From contig NC_087436.1 in NCBI RefSeq assembly GCF_036321535.1, positions 121,770,001 to 121,834,000 of the forward strand: a DNA stretch of 64,000 nt, in the 5' to 3' direction. The position numbers and the translations under genes are program-made. The notes beneath the pieces were generated by a model. That model worked only from the letters and a program-made list of their open reading frames with translations. It was not told the origin of the DNA and ran no database searches. This document shows positions 62,240 to 64,000 of the stretch, one piece after another. The DNA comes from Camelus dromedarius (taxonomy: Eukaryota). The stretch's first letter is position 1. Each line of letters starts with the position of its first letter.

Positions 62240-64000
62240 ATGAAATGCTCAAAGAACTCCTAGAAAATACAACTTACGAAAATAGATAAACAGAAGCTAG
62301 AACAATATTAAAAGTATTAAATAAACTCAACCAAATGTAACTCCAAGCCTAGATGGCTTATACCAAAAATGTAATAAGAAATAAATATAATTTTAGAGGG
62401 GCGGTATACCTCAGTGGTAGAGTACATGCTTAGCATGCATGAGGTCCTGGGCTCAATCCCCAGCACCTCCATTAATAAATAAATAAATAAATCTAATTCC
62501 CCGCTCCAAAACGAAACAAACCCCTGAAAAGAAATAAATATAATTTTAGACAAAGTCTTCCAGATAGTTAAAAAAAAAGTACACATCAAATATTAACCAT
62601 AATCTGTATACTAAAATCTGACAAGAAAATCTGACAAGAAAAAGGAAAATCTCAAGTTATTCTCACTCATGAAAATAGATGAAAACGTCCTAAATGAATT
62701 TATGAGCAATCCAAATCTAGCAATATATAGAAACGGATATTACTATGACCAAACAGGTTTATCCAAAAATGCAAAGTTAGTTTAACACTGAGCTGATTTT
62801 CTAACTACTCTATCACAGAGGTATCATGTAATTAAAACAGATGCAGAAATGCTTTTGATAAAATTGAACTTCCATTCACTAATAAAAGCATTCTAGTAAA
62901 TCATGAACATAAGGTAACTTTCTTAAAATGATAAAGGCCACCTTTAAAAAAAACAACCCTATTAACAAGAAATATACTCAAAAGATGAAATGGTCAAAAG
63001 TTGTCCTTTTGGGATCAAGAATGAGATAAAGAAACCTATGACCACCATTTCTACTCAACATTATAACAGAGATCCCAGCCAGAATAGTAAGGTAAGAAAA
63101 AGAAATAAAAGGACTAATGATGAGAAAGGGGAAAAAGTGGTACCCTTATTTGAAGATGATTCAATTGTACACACAGAAAATCCAAAAGGATGTAAAGATA
63201 AACAAATAGAATTAATATTTTACAGCAGTTGATAAAATAAAAAAAACTTTAAAATCTATTATATTCTACACACCAACAACAATTATTTTAATTTTAAGAT
63301 GTCACTTATTATGACATCTAAAAAAGAAATATCAAGCACCGCCTTTGCCCCTTGGAAACTTCGGTCATGGCAGCTGGTGTGAGCCAGTTTGGGGGGGGGG
63401 GGGGCAGTCTCTGTCATCATGGGCAGAGTGCATTCATCTGCAGTGCCAGGGCTGAGAATATGGCTGGCAGGTGGAGACTGGTAACACACAGGAGGACTGA
63501 GTAAACAAGTGAACATGTTGAAAATGATGGAGCCAGGTTTCCATTGTAGGAGAAGAGAGGTACAAACACGGAAAGGAGGAAGGAAAGCTACAGTACACTC
63601 CAACTGCTGGACTGGAATTGAGAAGATCCAGTGTGAACCTGTGGTTTCAACAGATTAAAAAACCTGACACAGGAGTGTGGGGGTACACACATGTATCTAT
63701 TTCCCAGCTCTCTTACTGTGAGAACATCTAGCACCCAAAGTTTAATCTGTAAATACTACTGTCTACTAAAAGGAAAAAGGGCTTATTGGATTAATGGTTG
63801 GTTTCAGGGCTGTGGAAGAGAAAAATTCAAGATAGGAATGGAACACCTGATACCATAAAGTAAGGAAATATTCAAAGAATAATGAAGACATGTCAAAAGC
63901 ATTCAGCAGTCAGTCTGAAAGGGCTCCCACTGGCTAAATTTGATACACTGCACATAAAACAGGAAACCATAAGTCCATATTTATATAAAGGATATACAAA
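62240..64000 (+). mobile_element. Old LINE-1 ORF2 and 3' UTR fragments
   Basis: L1-like motifs tatgaccaaacaggtttatcc, gatgcagaaatgcttttgataaaatt and LFEDDSIVHTENPK. L1MC/L1MD-type 3' UTR after about 63420. Confidence 0.7.
62398..62528 (+). mobile_element. tRNA-Ala-derived SINE (camelid type)
   Basis: ggtatacctcagtggtagagtacatgcttagcatgcatgaggtcctgggctcaatccccagcacctcca plus (aaat)n. Perfect 22-bp TSD aagaaataaatataattttaga at 62376-62397 and 62529-62550. Confidence 0.93.

Noticed and set aside
62398..62471. tRNA-Ala(AGC)-like sequence as a real tRNA gene (same for the other SINE heads)
   Set aside because: The acceptor stem has mismatches and the T-loop/B box is altered (ggctcaa). It continues into an (AAAT)n segment and A-rich tail with a TSD, so it is a SINE.
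62614..62643. Short tandem duplication aaaatctgacaag x2, plus (TA)n, (CA)n and (TTCA)n runs elsewhere
   Set aside because: Ordinary slippage products, mostly within repeat relics, with no sign of function.
1..64000. CRISPR array, operon, defence island or other prokaryote-type or wholly novel system
   Set aside because: There are no regularly spaced repeat-spacer units or dense ORF clusters. The window is explained by one spliced mammalian gene plus interspersed repeats.

Overview
This is mammalian genomic DNA, most likely from a camelid: it carries several tRNA-Ala-derived SINEs of the camelid type and cetartiodactyl-type L1 3' ends. The window lies inside one minus-strand protein-coding gene that I recognise as FAM193A. 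I traced 12 internal coding exons, labelled A-L here, running from 48394 down to 1288. All have AG/GT boundaries and matching intron phases, and they join into an open 2100-nt (700-codon) frame from TPFNFGMNHRTPPYPAGDYCLLC to PPFTHSK. The first exon lies beyond 64000 and the 3' exons lie below position 1. The introns hold old and younger LINE-1 fragments, six SINEs (several with target-site duplications), hAT-Charlie DNA transposon relics (Charlie1, two MER33), a probable MaLR internal fragment and MIR/L2 relics. I found no prokaryotic-type system, CRISPR array or convincing novel gene. The most interesting observations are hypotheses about splicing and regulation: an AG|GTAAGC site inside exon K, a NAGNAG acceptor, candidate poison exons, an intronic poly(A) signal, inverted SINE pairs around stop-free in-frame exon blocks, and an NRF1/E-box/Z-DNA element. 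The protein also carries a CxCxxC motif three times. Repeat family names and comparisons with the human protein come from my memory of consensus sequences and need confirming by RepeatMasker or BLAST.
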